Positions 49,410 to 57,213 of a stretch of DNA of 64,000 bases are shown here, one piece after another. Numbering within the stretch: position 1 is the first letter of the stretch; every line of letters starts with the position of its first letter. Source of the DNA: Acidobacteria bacterium UBA2999 (GTDB lineage Bacteria; Acidobacteriota; Vicinamibacteria; Vicinamibacterales; UBA2999); assembly GCA_002346475.1 (NCBI GenBank), contig DDZV01000015.1:47643-111642 (forward strand). Direction: 5' to 3'. The notes beneath the pieces are model-generated. The model had not been told where the DNA came from. It did no database searches and saw only the letters and a list, made by a program, of their open reading frames with translations. Position numbers and translations under genes: made by a program.

Positions 49410-51688
49410 TGAAAATTACTTGTGTCGGCGGGGGCCCAGCCGGACTGTACTTTAGCCTCCTTATGAAAAAGGCGAGGCCTGCCTACGAGGTCACACTGCT
49501 TGAGCGGAACAAATTAGAAGAAACTTTTAGTGCGGGTGTAGTGCTTTCGGATGCCACGATAAATTCTATTGCTACTGTAGACCCAGAAATTGCTCTGGCC
49601 CTTAGCCAACATGGCGTTCATTGGAACGACATTGAAGTGCACTACAACGGCAATTACACATCCTCCACTGGACATGGTTTCCTAGGTATTAGACGAGATC
49701 GCCTTATAAATATCCTCCGATCACAGGCACAAGCACAAGGGGTAAATATTTGTTTCGAACACGAAGAAGCAAGTCTCGCTATTGGGAAAAAAGCTGACCT
49801 TGTTGTTGCTGCTGACGGTGCAAATAGCAGTATCCGATCACGCCTCGCCACAAAGATTACGACGACCATTCACAAAGGTTCGAATCGTTTTATGTGGCTA
49901 GAAACCGACAAGGTTTTTTCGGCATTCACCTTCTGCTTCCGAGAAAACGAGCACGGTCTTTGGTGCATTCATGCTTATCAGTACGCCTCTGATCGCTCAA
50001 CCATCATTGTTGAGTGCAATGAAGCAACCTGGCTATCAAGTGGAATGGAACGTGCTACTGAAGCGGAAATGAAAACCTATCTTGAACAACTGTTCACCCA
50101 GGAATTGTCGGGACACAAACTGATGACAACGTTTGGCCCTTGGCAACAGTTTTCCACAATCTGCACGACACCTTGGTCATCAGATCGATTTGTCCTCCTT
50201 GGAGACGCAGCACACACAACGCACTTCTCTATTGGTTCAGGAACAAGCATGGCTATGGATGATGCTCTCGTACTCTGTGAGGCACTCTCCTCACACGCAG
50301 AAGTGCCCGAAGCATTCAAACAGTACGAGAAGATCAGACGGCCACAGATTGAGAGTTTGCAACGATCTGCCCAAGCATCTATGGAATGGTTCGAACATGC
50401 TTCGCATTACAGAGGGCTCGATCCAGTGTTGTTCAGTTTTTCATTGCTCACACGTTCGATGCGAATCACTCATGAACATTTACGCACCAGAGACCCTAAG
50501 TTTCTTGCTCAGGTTGATACAGCCGTATTTGAGAATGCAGAGCATCAAGTTAAAAAGCCTCTCGATCGCACTTGTCTGCCACCTCCGATGTTCACACCAT
50601 TCCGGTTGCGCGATCTCGTCATCCCAAATCGGGTCGTCGTATCACCTATGTGCCAATACGTTGCCAAAGATGGCACTGTAGGGGATTGGCACCTAGTACA
50701 TCTGGGAAGCCGTGCACTGGGAGGAGCAGGCTTACTTATAGCTGAGATGACAAACGTCAATCCAGATGCGCGTATTTCACCTAACTGTGCTGGGTTATAC
50801 AAGGACGATCACTTGGCTGCGTGGAAGCGTGTTGTCGAGTTTGTCCATCATGAAACACCTGCGAAAATTGGGATTCAACTTGGCCATGCTGGCCGTAAAG
50901 GTGCAACAAAACCTCCATGGGAAGGGAACCATGAACCTCTTGAAGAGGATAGTTGGTCAATCCTCTCGGCCTCCCCACTTCCATACTTACCTGGCCACAG
51001 CAAAATTCCACAAGAAATGACACGTGGCGACATGGATCAAGTAGTTACTGATTTTGTCAAAGCTACCAAGCTGGCTATCCTCGCTGCATTTGATCTTCTT
51101 GAAATCCATATGGCGCACGGATACTTACTCGCATCGTTTATCTCACCATTGACAAACAAGCGGACAGATGAATACGGAGGCTCATTAGAAAATAGGATGC
51201 GGTTTCCTCTTGAGGTCTTCGATGCTTGTCGTGAAGTTTGGCCACCACATCAACCAATGAGTGTCAGAATTAGTGCCGTTGATTGGGCGCCAGGTGGTAT
51301 GAACATTGCGGACGCCGTTAAAGTAGCTGCGCTATTAAAAGCACACAACTGTGACATCGTAGACGTCTCTACTGGACAGACTGTACCAGAACAACAACCA
51401 AACTATGGTCGCTTGTTTCAAACACCATTTGCCGATCGTATTCGCCGAGAAACCAATATTGCCACCATGGCTGTTGGCAACATTTCCTCTTACATGGATG
51501 TCAATACAATCATTGCAGCAGGACGGGCTGACTTATGTCTCTTGGCACGTGCACACCTGTTCGACCCCTACTGGACTAGGCATGCTGCTTGGATGCTTGA
51601 CTATCCTCTACCTTGGCCCAATCCCTATAAAGCCATGGAACGTTATAACCCGCGACTCGAATTTCAGTTTACAGATAAGAAAGAGTAG
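49409..51688 (+). CDS. bifunctional aryl-CoA monooxygenase/reductase (2-aminobenzoyl-CoA monooxygenase-reductase / salicylyl-CoA 5-hydroxylase type)
   Basis: The N-terminal half is an FAD aromatic hydroxylase ('ITCVGGGPAGLY', 'GDAAHTTHFSIGSGT'). The C-terminal half is an Old-Yellow-Enzyme-like domain ('HMAHGYLLASFISPLTNKRTDEYGGSLENRMRF'). 759 aa. The start overlaps the ACAD stop by 1 nt. Confidence 0.8.
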   Translation: MKITCVGGGPAGLYFSLLMKKARPAYEVTLLERNKLEETFSAGVVLSDATINSIATVDPEIALALSQHGVHWNDIEVHYNGNYTSSTGHGFLGIRRDRLINILRSQAQAQGVNICFEHEEASLAIGKKADLVVAADGANSSIRSRLATKITTTIHKGSNRFMWLETDKVFSAFTFCFRENEHGLWCIHAYQYASDRSTIIVECNEATWLSSGMERATEAEMKTYLEQLFTQELSGHKLMTTFGPWQQFSTICTTPWSSDRFVLLGDAAHTTHFSIGSGTSMAMDDALVLCEALSSHAEVPEAFKQYEKIRRPQIESLQRSAQASMEWFEHASHYRGLDPVLFSFSLLTRSMRITHEHLRTRDPKFLAQVDTAVFENAEHQVKKPLDRTCLPPPMFTPFRLRDLVIPNRVVVSPMCQYVAKDGTVGDWHLVHLGSRALGGAGLLIAEMTNVNPDARISPNCAGLYKDDHLAAWKRVVEFVHHETPAKIGIQLGHAGRKGATKPPWEGNHEPLEEDSWSILSASPLPYLPGHSKIPQEMTRGDMDQVVTDFVKATKLAILAAFDLLEIHMAHGYLLASFISPLTNKRTDEYGGSLENRMRFPLEVFDACREVWPPHQPMSVRISAVDWAPGGMNIADAVKVAALLKAHNCDIVDVSTGQTVPEQQPNYGRLFQTPFADRIRRETNIATMAVGNISSYMDVNTIIAAGRADLCLLARAHLFDPYWTRHAAWMLDYPLPWPNPYKAMERYNPRLEFQFTDKKE

Positions 51689-51709
51689 CGAGGTGGGTGC
51701 CGTTACACT

Positions 51710-52090
51710 CTATGTTTTGCTGCGTAATCCATCAATACTCAATGATCCAGCACCGCGCACGGCAAGGTAAAGAAACGCAAAACAGAATAACACTGCAGAT
51801 TCTCCATTATTCTGTACCGGCCAAAATGCTTGTGGTAGGTGTGCAATAAAGTAAGCAGCAGCCATCTGTCCACTGGCAATGAACGCTGCCAACCGAGTGA
51901 ACAGTCCAACAATAATTAGTATGCCTCCGATAAGCTCCACCATGGCAGCAACCCCCAACAACGAACCAAGAGGCACAACCGTTCCATCAAACATACCGAA
52001 TAATTTCTGTAATCCGTGCACGAGAAATAGAAACCCAAAAACAATTCGCACAATTGCGTAAATCGTAGAAGCATAACGTTCTGGAATCAT
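51710..52090 (-). CDS. DoxX-family membrane protein
   Basis: 126 aa, 4 TM, with 'RIVFGFLFLVHGLQKLFG'. AGGAG lies upstream of the ATG. Confidence 0.8.
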   Translation of the reverse strand: MIPERYASTIYAIVRIVFGFLFLVHGLQKLFGMFDGTVVPLGSLLGVAAMVELIGGILIIVGLFTRLAAFIASGQMAAAYFIAHLPQAFWPVQNNGESAVLFCFAFLYLAVRGAGSLSIDGLRSKT

Positions 52091-52117
52091 TGTTTATCTC
52101 CTGTGCATAAAGTATAG

Positions 52118-52134
52118 AAACAATAATATTGTTT
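52118..52134. promoter_or_regulatory. 7-3-7 inverted repeat AAACAAT-aat-ATTGTTT in the DoxX / BMC-operon divergent intergenic region
   Basis: Perfect 7-bp arms. A TATAAT hexamer sits at 52163-68, 8 nt before the 52177 ATG. The context is AT-rich, so a chance match is plausible. Confidence 0.3.
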
Positions 52135-52176
52135 AATCTCCATGTACAAAGAACAGAAGCCCTATAATGTAAGGCT

Positions 52177-52533
52177 ATGCCACTTATTACAAGGGTTAGC
52201 GGAACTCTCCTGATTTTGACCGGACTACTTGGTTATATCGTAACCGGCACAAGTAGTCTGACGGCTTTCATCCCAGCAATTTTTGGTTTAATTCTCGTCC
52301 TACTTGGAATCTGGGCCAATGCTGAAGAAACACGCAAACACGCTATGCACGCGGCCGCGGCCGTGGGACTCATCAGTTTAATCGTAGGACTTGCAAGCCT
52401 ACTGCTGTCATGGCTGTACCCGCGGTCATTGGCATCGGTACTGGCTCAAGTGGCAATGATAATAATTGCAGCCACTTTCCTTGGGTTATGTATAAGATCT
52501 TTCATTAACGCCCGTCGGACAAATCCTCGCTAG
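52177..52533 (+). CDS. small 4-TM membrane protein, unknown family
   Basis: 118-aa ORF with four hydrophobic helices. It ends 14 nt upstream of the BMC-H gene. Confidence 0.6.
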   Translation: MPLITRVSGTLLILTGLLGYIVTGTSSLTAFIPAIFGLILVLLGIWANAEETRKHAMHAAAAVGLISLIVGLASLLLSWLYPRSLASVLAQVAMIIIAATFLGLCIRSFINARRTNPR

Positions 52534-52547
52534 TAGACGACTGACTT

Positions 52548-52865
52548 ATGAACGCTAAACGTAAGGATGCGAACGTGACAGCCAAAGAGAATCTCGGAGA
52601 TGCCCTGGGACTTATCGAAACCCGTGGACTCATTGGTATGATTGAAGCAACTGATGCAATGCTTAAAACTGCAAACGTCGTGCTTGTAAGCTGGGAAAAA
52701 GTCGATGCTGGACTCGTCACTGCATTAGTCCGTGGGGATGTAGGGTCGGTGCAGGCGGCAACTGATGCCGGAGCAGCTGCGGCTCGTCGTGTGGGCGAGC
52801 TCATTGGTGTACACGTTATTCCTCGGCCTGCCGACGACTGCGAGAGAGTTTTACCGATCCGCTAG
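52548..52865 (+). CDS. bacterial microcompartment shell protein, BMC-H (PduA/EutM/CcmK-type, Pfam BMC domain)
   Basis: '[76 protein letters not shown]' is collinear with PduA as I recall it ('[61 protein letters not shown]...VHVIPRP'). There is an 18-aa Lys-rich N-terminal extension. Confidence 0.9.
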   Translation: MNAKRKDANVTAKENLGDALGLIETRGLIGMIEATDAMLKTANVVLVSWEKVDAGLVTALVRGDVGSVQAATDAGAAAARRVGELIGVHVIPRPADDCERVLPIR

Positions 52866-53307
52866 ATCTCCGTCGTCGCTCTCGTACGGTTACAGGTCGA
52901 AGTGACAACTCTTCTCCATCTACAAGAAGTGCCTGTGTTGGCTTTTCAACATTGAACAACCCATTGTCTGTACGAACGTATAACTGATCTCCTTTGATTA
53001 GCAATGCCGGCGTTTCACCTTCGCCAATTACTTCGTACAACCTCACACCAAATTCCTCGCGCAACACGCTTAGAAGGTTTCTGATACGAGGAACAGAAAA
53101 CCCTCGACGCCGTAAGTCGCCTAGAATCTGAAGCTCAAGAACATCAATTGTGGTGTAACGTCGTTCAGTAAATCCACCTGCAGGTGTTCGTTTAGGAGCA
53201 ATCGCCGGCGCGAAGAGGCGTCTCGCATCCCACCATTGCAACTGTCTCGCAGATAGCCCTGTTAGGGTTGAAACTTCTCGAGAGCTATAAAACTTCTTCA
53301 GCCTCAT
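52816..53307 (-). CDS. MerR-family transcriptional regulator
   Basis: N-terminal HTH '[21 protein letters not shown]'. ATGA overlap with the upstream PCD gene. The basic C-terminal tail overlaps the BMC-H 3' end by 50 nt. Confidence 0.75.
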   Translation of the reverse strand: MRLKKFYSSREVSTLTGLSARQLQWWDARRLFAPAIAPKRTPAGGFTERRYTTIDVLELQILGDLRRRGFSVPRIRNLLSVLREEFGVRLYEVIGEGETPALLIKGDQLYVRTDNGLFNVEKPTQALLVDGEELSLRPVTVRERRRRSSGSVKLSRSRRQAEE

Positions 53308-53594
53308 AATAATTCTTGGGCTTTGCGGTCGGCCATACGTGCGCCCTCAATGTCCTTAAGCGTAACGCCACCTTGACTATGTGTAGAGTATGAAAGGGTA
53401 ACTCGCTTGTAATTTATGCTGATGTCAGGATGGTGATCTGCTTGTTCTGCCTCTGGCACAAGATGCCCTACAAACGTAACTGCCTCAGGGAACCCAGCAA
53501 ATGTAAATTGTTTGCAGATGGCGTTTCCACTTAATGACCATCCCTGAAGCGATTGGAGATGTTGTTCAATGTCTGCATGCGACAGGATCACCAT
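53304..53594 (-). CDS. pterin-4a-carbinolamine dehydratase (PCD/DCoH)
   Basis: Full canonical motif 'EAEQADHHPDISINYKRVTLSYSTHSQGGVTLKD' ([DE]x3HHPx5[YW]x9Hx8D). ATG 53594 is preceded by GGAGGAGG; the track start is 53645. Confidence 0.85.
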   Translation of the reverse strand: MVILSHADIEQHLQSLQGWSLSGNAICKQFTFAGFPEAVTFVGHLVPEAEQADHHPDISINYKRVTLSYSTHSQGGVTLKDIEGARMADRKAQELL

Positions 53595-53634
53595 GACGAT
53601 TCCTCCTCCAAGATCACAACAACCAAGATGGGTG

Positions 53635-54735
53635 TTATAGCCCAAAGCGACTAGGAGTTGTAAGCATTAGTTCAGGGGCCTTAGCATTCTCTAGTAGAAA
53701 ATCTGCAACTATCTTGGCTGTAAGTGGTGCTAATAGGACGCCATTGCGATAGTGGCCTGTAGCATAAATCACATTTGGCCACTCGCACGAAGGACCTACT
53801 AGTGGTAATTCGTCAGGAGATACTGGACGAAGTCCCACACGCACATCACGCAACCGTGCATCTTTGATTGTCGGCAAGACCGCTTGCGCCACTTGAAGAA
53901 GGTGTTGCACAGCAGCTGCTGTAGATCTCTCGTCAAAACCAACATCTTCGACTGTGGCACCAACGAGTATGGTGCCGTCTTGTAGTGGCACAAGATAGCA
54001 ATCAGGACTCCAAATAACGTGTGCTGCCGATGGAGTGTTGCAAACAAGATTCAGGAGTTGTCCGCGAATAGGCTTAACGGGTGCAGGCATCGCCTGCTTA
54101 ACAGCAACACGAGCAGACCAACTCCCTGTTGCTAACACCAAAGCATCTACTTCAATTGTGCTACCTTCTGAAAGATGAACTTGGACACGGTTATGTCTCT
54201 GTTGCAGTGCTTCAACCTTCACCGTTGACTTCACTGACACGCCCTTCTGTCGTGCAGCAACTTCCAAAGCGTGGACTAGAGCACGAGACTGTACGTACCC
54301 ATGATTCGGAATTAGGAGCGCTCCTGTTGCTGTAGGTGCAAGTCCAGGCTCAAGTACACGTGCTGCAGCTGGTTCAAGATATTGATGCTCAACATGGGTG
54401 GCATTATATTTTTCAGCAGTGGTACGAAGGTGATGAGCTTGTTCTTCGTTAAGAGCCACCTCTAATGTGCCTATGCGACGATAATCGATAGGTAGCCCAG
54501 AATCTCTACTCACACGTTCAATAAATGCGTCATACAGACCTAGACTTTGCACTCCAAGTTGTAAAAACTCTGGTGAGTGCCCTTCAATATATGGAGCAAG
54601 TATGCCTGCAGCGGCTTGTGAAGCGCCTTCACCGGCACGACGTGCATCTAACATTTGCACCTCCGCACCACGCGCAACAAGCTCATAAGCAACCGCACAG
54701 CCAACCACGCCGGCTCCAACAACTAGTACTTGCAC
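53635..54735 (-). CDS. FAD-dependent glycine oxidase ThiO-like / DAO-family oxidoreductase
   Basis: Motifs 'VLVVGAGVVGCAVAYEL', 'RGQLL' and 'TGHYRNGVLLAP'. Confidence 0.75.
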   Translation of the reverse strand: MQVLVVGAGVVGCAVAYELVARGAEVQMLDARRAGEGASQAAAGILAPYIEGHSPEFLQLGVQSLGLYDAFIERVSRDSGLPIDYRRIGTLEVALNEEQAHHLRTTAEKYNATHVEHQYLEPAAARVLEPGLAPTATGALLIPNHGYVQSRALVHALEVAARQKGVSVKSTVKVEALQQRHNRVQVHLSEGSTIEVDALVLATGSWSARVAVKQAMPAPVKPIRGQLLNLVCNTPSAAHVIWSPDCYLVPLQDGTILVGATVEDVGFDERSTAAAVQHLLQVAQAVLPTIKDARLRDVRVGLRPVSPDELPLVGPSCEWPNVIYATGHYRNGVLLAPLTAKIVADFLLENAKAPELMLTTPSRFGL

Positions 54736-54843
54736 GAATGGCAGTTTACCCTCTTGAGAACTCTCACGTTAGAGAGCTGGCTCAGTTACTATTAAGATTG
54801 CACAATTGACATAAAGCGATCTAATAGTGGTATTGCAAAAAGT

Positions 54844-55404
54844 ATGCATCGAATCTGTCTTTTTTGTGGATCAAGCACAGGTACAAACCCTGCTTACACC
54901 CTTGCGGCTCAAGTAATTGGAAAAGAGCTTGCTAGGCGGAAGATCGATCTTGTATTTGGAGGTGGTGCCATTGGGCTCATGGGTGTTGTAGCCAATGCTG
55001 TGCTTGCGGGTGGTGGCCACGCGATTGGTGTTATTCCGAAATCACTCGAGGCACGCGACATTGCGCACCAGGGGCTACCAGATCTAAGAATAGTCAACTC
55101 AATGCATGAGCGAAAAGCTCTAATGAGTTCACTGGCTGATGCCTTTATTGCTCTACCCGGTGGATTTGGCACTTTTGAAGAATTTTGCGAGGCCCTCACG
55201 TGGACACAGCTAGGCCTACATAACAAACGTTGTGGTCTGCTTAATGTGGAAGGATATTACGACCCACTGCTCGCCTTATTTGATCGGGCAGTCAAAGATG
55301 ATTTTATTACGGTGAATTACCGTGCCATGGTCATCGCACACGCCGACCCGCTTCTGCTGCTAGACAAACTCCTACAGCCAGAGGGCACACCGATAAAACC
55401 GTAG
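54844..55404 (+). CDS. LOG-family (TIGR00730) nucleotide phosphoribohydrolase
   Basis: Motifs 'VFGGGAIGLMG' and 'ALPGGFGTFEE'. Confidence 0.88.
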   Translation: MHRICLFCGSSTGTNPAYTLAAQVIGKELARRKIDLVFGGGAIGLMGVVANAVLAGGGHAIGVIPKSLEARDIAHQGLPDLRIVNSMHERKALMSSLADAFIALPGGFGTFEEFCEALTWTQLGLHNKRCGLLNVEGYYDPLLALFDRAVKDDFITVNYRAMVIAHADPLLLLDKLLQPEGTPIKP

Positions 55405-55429
55405 TACCGTGGAGACAGCTCAAGAACAC

Positions 55430-55882
55430 TTATACCTCAAGGCGCCACTGCTCCTCCCAGCTATCACCGATGGGATGCAGGGCGACCATACCATTCCGCG
55501 GAAAGTTAATTAGCATTTCCTCTGTTGGCACTTCAACTCCAAGCATAAGCCTTAGTAACCGTTCCAAGTAAGGCATATGGCCCACAGCCATAAGTTCTCG
55601 GATATCTCCTTGAAACTGATCGCGTATCCATACAGGCGAGTCTGCTGGTTGGAGACCACGCTTAGCAGTCATCGTGGCAAATGGGTTGCAGGCTTTCCAA
55701 AACGCTTCAGCAGTCTGCCGCGCCCGGAGCTTTCCACTGTGCCAGATATACAAGGGGCGTACTCCTCGCTGGGTCGCTTGGAGCGCAAGGTGGGCAGCTG
55801 CGGCACGCCCACGTGCCGATAATGGACGCATTGGATCAACCTCGGTTATAACTGCTTCAGCGTGATGAACAAGATAAATCAA
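55430..55882 (-). CDS. SixA-like histidine-phosphatase-superfamily protein (HH instead of RH in the catalytic motif)
   Basis: 'IYLVHHAEA' at the N-terminus and 'VGHMP' late in the protein. I chose TTG 55882, which gives the family-typical ~150 aa. The track GTG start at 55987 would add 35 non-conserved aa and cover the metK leader. Confidence 0.6.
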   Translation of the reverse strand: MIYLVHHAEAVITEVDPMRPLSARGRAAAAHLALQATQRGVRPLYIWHSGKLRARQTAEAFWKACNPFATMTAKRGLQPADSPVWIRDQFQGDIRELMAVGHMPYLERLLRLMLGVEVPTEEMLINFPRNGMVALHPIGDSWEEQWRLEV

Positions 55883-55909
55883 GTGAACTCTCAGGCTCTT
55901 TAGTGGTAG

Positions 55910-55918
55910 TGCTATACT
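55910..55918 (+). promoter_or_regulatory. extended -10-like element TGcTATACT upstream of the metK leader
   Basis: Sequence match only. I saw no convincing -35. Confidence 0.3.
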
Positions 55919-56000
55919 AAATGGGTTCAGAGTGTGCGGCGATTTCACCGACTTGATGGGCCGCTCGTCCAGATTGTAACCTGGCACTCACACTATCTAA

Positions 56001-56022
56001 GTCGCGAAAGTTCGCCCGCGAC
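56001..56022 (+). promoter_or_regulatory. alternative (antiterminator-like) hairpin sharing bases with the metK leader terminator
   Basis: GTCGCG (56001-06) pairs with CGCGAC (56017-22) around a 10-nt loop. Its 3' arm is the 5' arm of the terminator stem, so the two structures are mutually exclusive. Confidence 0.5.
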
Positions 56023-56046
56023 AAAAAGTCAGCGGGCTTTTTTGTT
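56014..56046 (+). terminator. intrinsic-terminator-like hairpin inside the metK 5' leader (candidate attenuator)
   Basis: GCCCGCGAC (56014-22) pairs with GTC-a-GCGGGC (56028-37) around an AAAAA loop, followed by TTTTTTGTT (56038-46). The upstream neighbour is on the opposite strand, so there is no same-strand gene to terminate. Confidence 0.6.
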
Positions 56047-56060
56047 GTCTAAGGAGTTTT

Positions 56061-57197
56061 ATGTCGCGTTTCACGTTCACGTCCGAGTCAGTGTCGGAAG
56101 GACATCCAGATAAAGTCTGTGATTACGTTTCCGATTCCATCCTAGATGCCTGTTTTGAACAAGACCCACACAGCCGTGTCGCGTGTGAAACTCTCTGCAA
56201 AAGCGACACTGTGGTACTGGCAGGTGAAATCACGACAAATGCAAATCTAAACTACGAACAAATTGTACGACAGGCTATTAAAGATATTGGATATACCGAC
56301 CCCAATGAAACATTCTGTGATACGACTCTTAAATTGATTTCAATTATTACCCAACAGTCATCACAGATTTCACAAGGTGTTACAGCAACAACAAGTCAAA
56401 GTGGAGACCAAGGTGCTGGTGACCAAGGCATTATGTTTGGCTATGCCACTGATGAATCTCCAGAAATGATGCCTTTACCCATTCTCTTGGCACACCGTCT
56501 GACGAAGGGGCTAACGGACGATCGCAAGGCTGGCAATGTTGATTGGCTCCTTCCAGACAATAAGTCACAGGTTTCCGTCGCTTACGAAAACAACGAGCCG
56601 AAATTTGTTTCAGCGGTTGTCGTTTCAACACAACACACCACTGCCGTTAAACAAAAACAAATCGCGGAATATGTCAGAGAAGATCTCGGTCCACGCGTGC
56701 TTGGCCAGTGGTGGAATCAGGACTTAGCGCTTCTGGTGAACCCAACAGGTGATTTTAGCCATGGTGGGCCCGCTGCTGACGCTGGCGTGACTGGACGCAA
56801 GATCATCGTCGACACCTATGGTGGCTGGGGCCGTCATGGCGGGGGTGCCTTTAGTGGTAAGGATCCATCAAAGGTCGATCGTAGCAGTGCCTACTTCTGT
56901 CGATTTGTTGCCCGGCAAGTTGTTGCTGCTGGTCTTGCGCGAAGGGTTGAAATCCAACTAGGCTATGCCATCGGAATGGCTAAACCTGTCTCGGTAAAGA
57001 TAGATACGTTTGGAACCGGTGATAGTCGTGCAGCTGAAGAGTTTGTGGAAAACACCTTTGATTTTCGACCACGGGCTATCATTGAACAGCTCGATCTGCT
57101 GCGACCCATTTACCGCAACACCACGAATTACGGTCACTTTGGTCGACCTGAACTACCCTGGGAAACAGCGGAGAAGGCCACGGCGACAACTCGATAA
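56061..57197 (+). CDS. metK: S-adenosylmethionine synthetase
   Basis: Motifs 'SEGHPDKVCD', 'GAGDQGIMFGYA' and 'GGGAFSGKDPSKVDRS'. AAGGAG lies 4 nt upstream of the ATG. Confidence 0.97.
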   Translation: MSRFTFTSESVSEGHPDKVCDYVSDSILDACFEQDPHSRVACETLCKSDTVVLAGEITTNANLNYEQIVRQAIKDIGYTDPNETFCDTTLKLISIITQQSSQISQGVTATTSQSGDQGAGDQGIMFGYATDESPEMMPLPILLAHRLTKGLTDDRKAGNVDWLLPDNKSQVSVAYENNEPKFVSAVVVSTQHTTAVKQKQIAEYVREDLGPRVLGQWWNQDLALLVNPTGDFSHGGPAADAGVTGRKIIVDTYGGWGRHGGGAFSGKDPSKVDRSSAYFCRFVARQVVAAGLARRVEIQLGYAIGMAKPVSVKIDTFGTGDSRAAEEFVENTFDFRPRAIIEQLDLLRPIYRNTTNYGHFGRPELPWETAEKATATTR

Positions 57198-57213
57198 AAT
57201 CTGACCGTTCTAC

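Noticed and set aside
53304-53594. I considered whether the PCD-like gene near the BMC shell gene is a carboxysome-type RuBisCO assembly factor (acRAF).
   Set aside because: The canonical PCD catalytic motif is fully intact, the gene is on the opposite strand in a different operon, and no RuBisCO or carboxysome genes are present.
55900-56000. I tried to fit the SAM-I (S-box) consensus to the metK leader.
   Set aside because: The hallmark blocks (CUUAUCaAGAG, GAGGGA...GGCCC, GGUGCuAA, AGAUAAG) are absent. Only the terminator/antiterminator geometry is solid, so the class is left unassigned.
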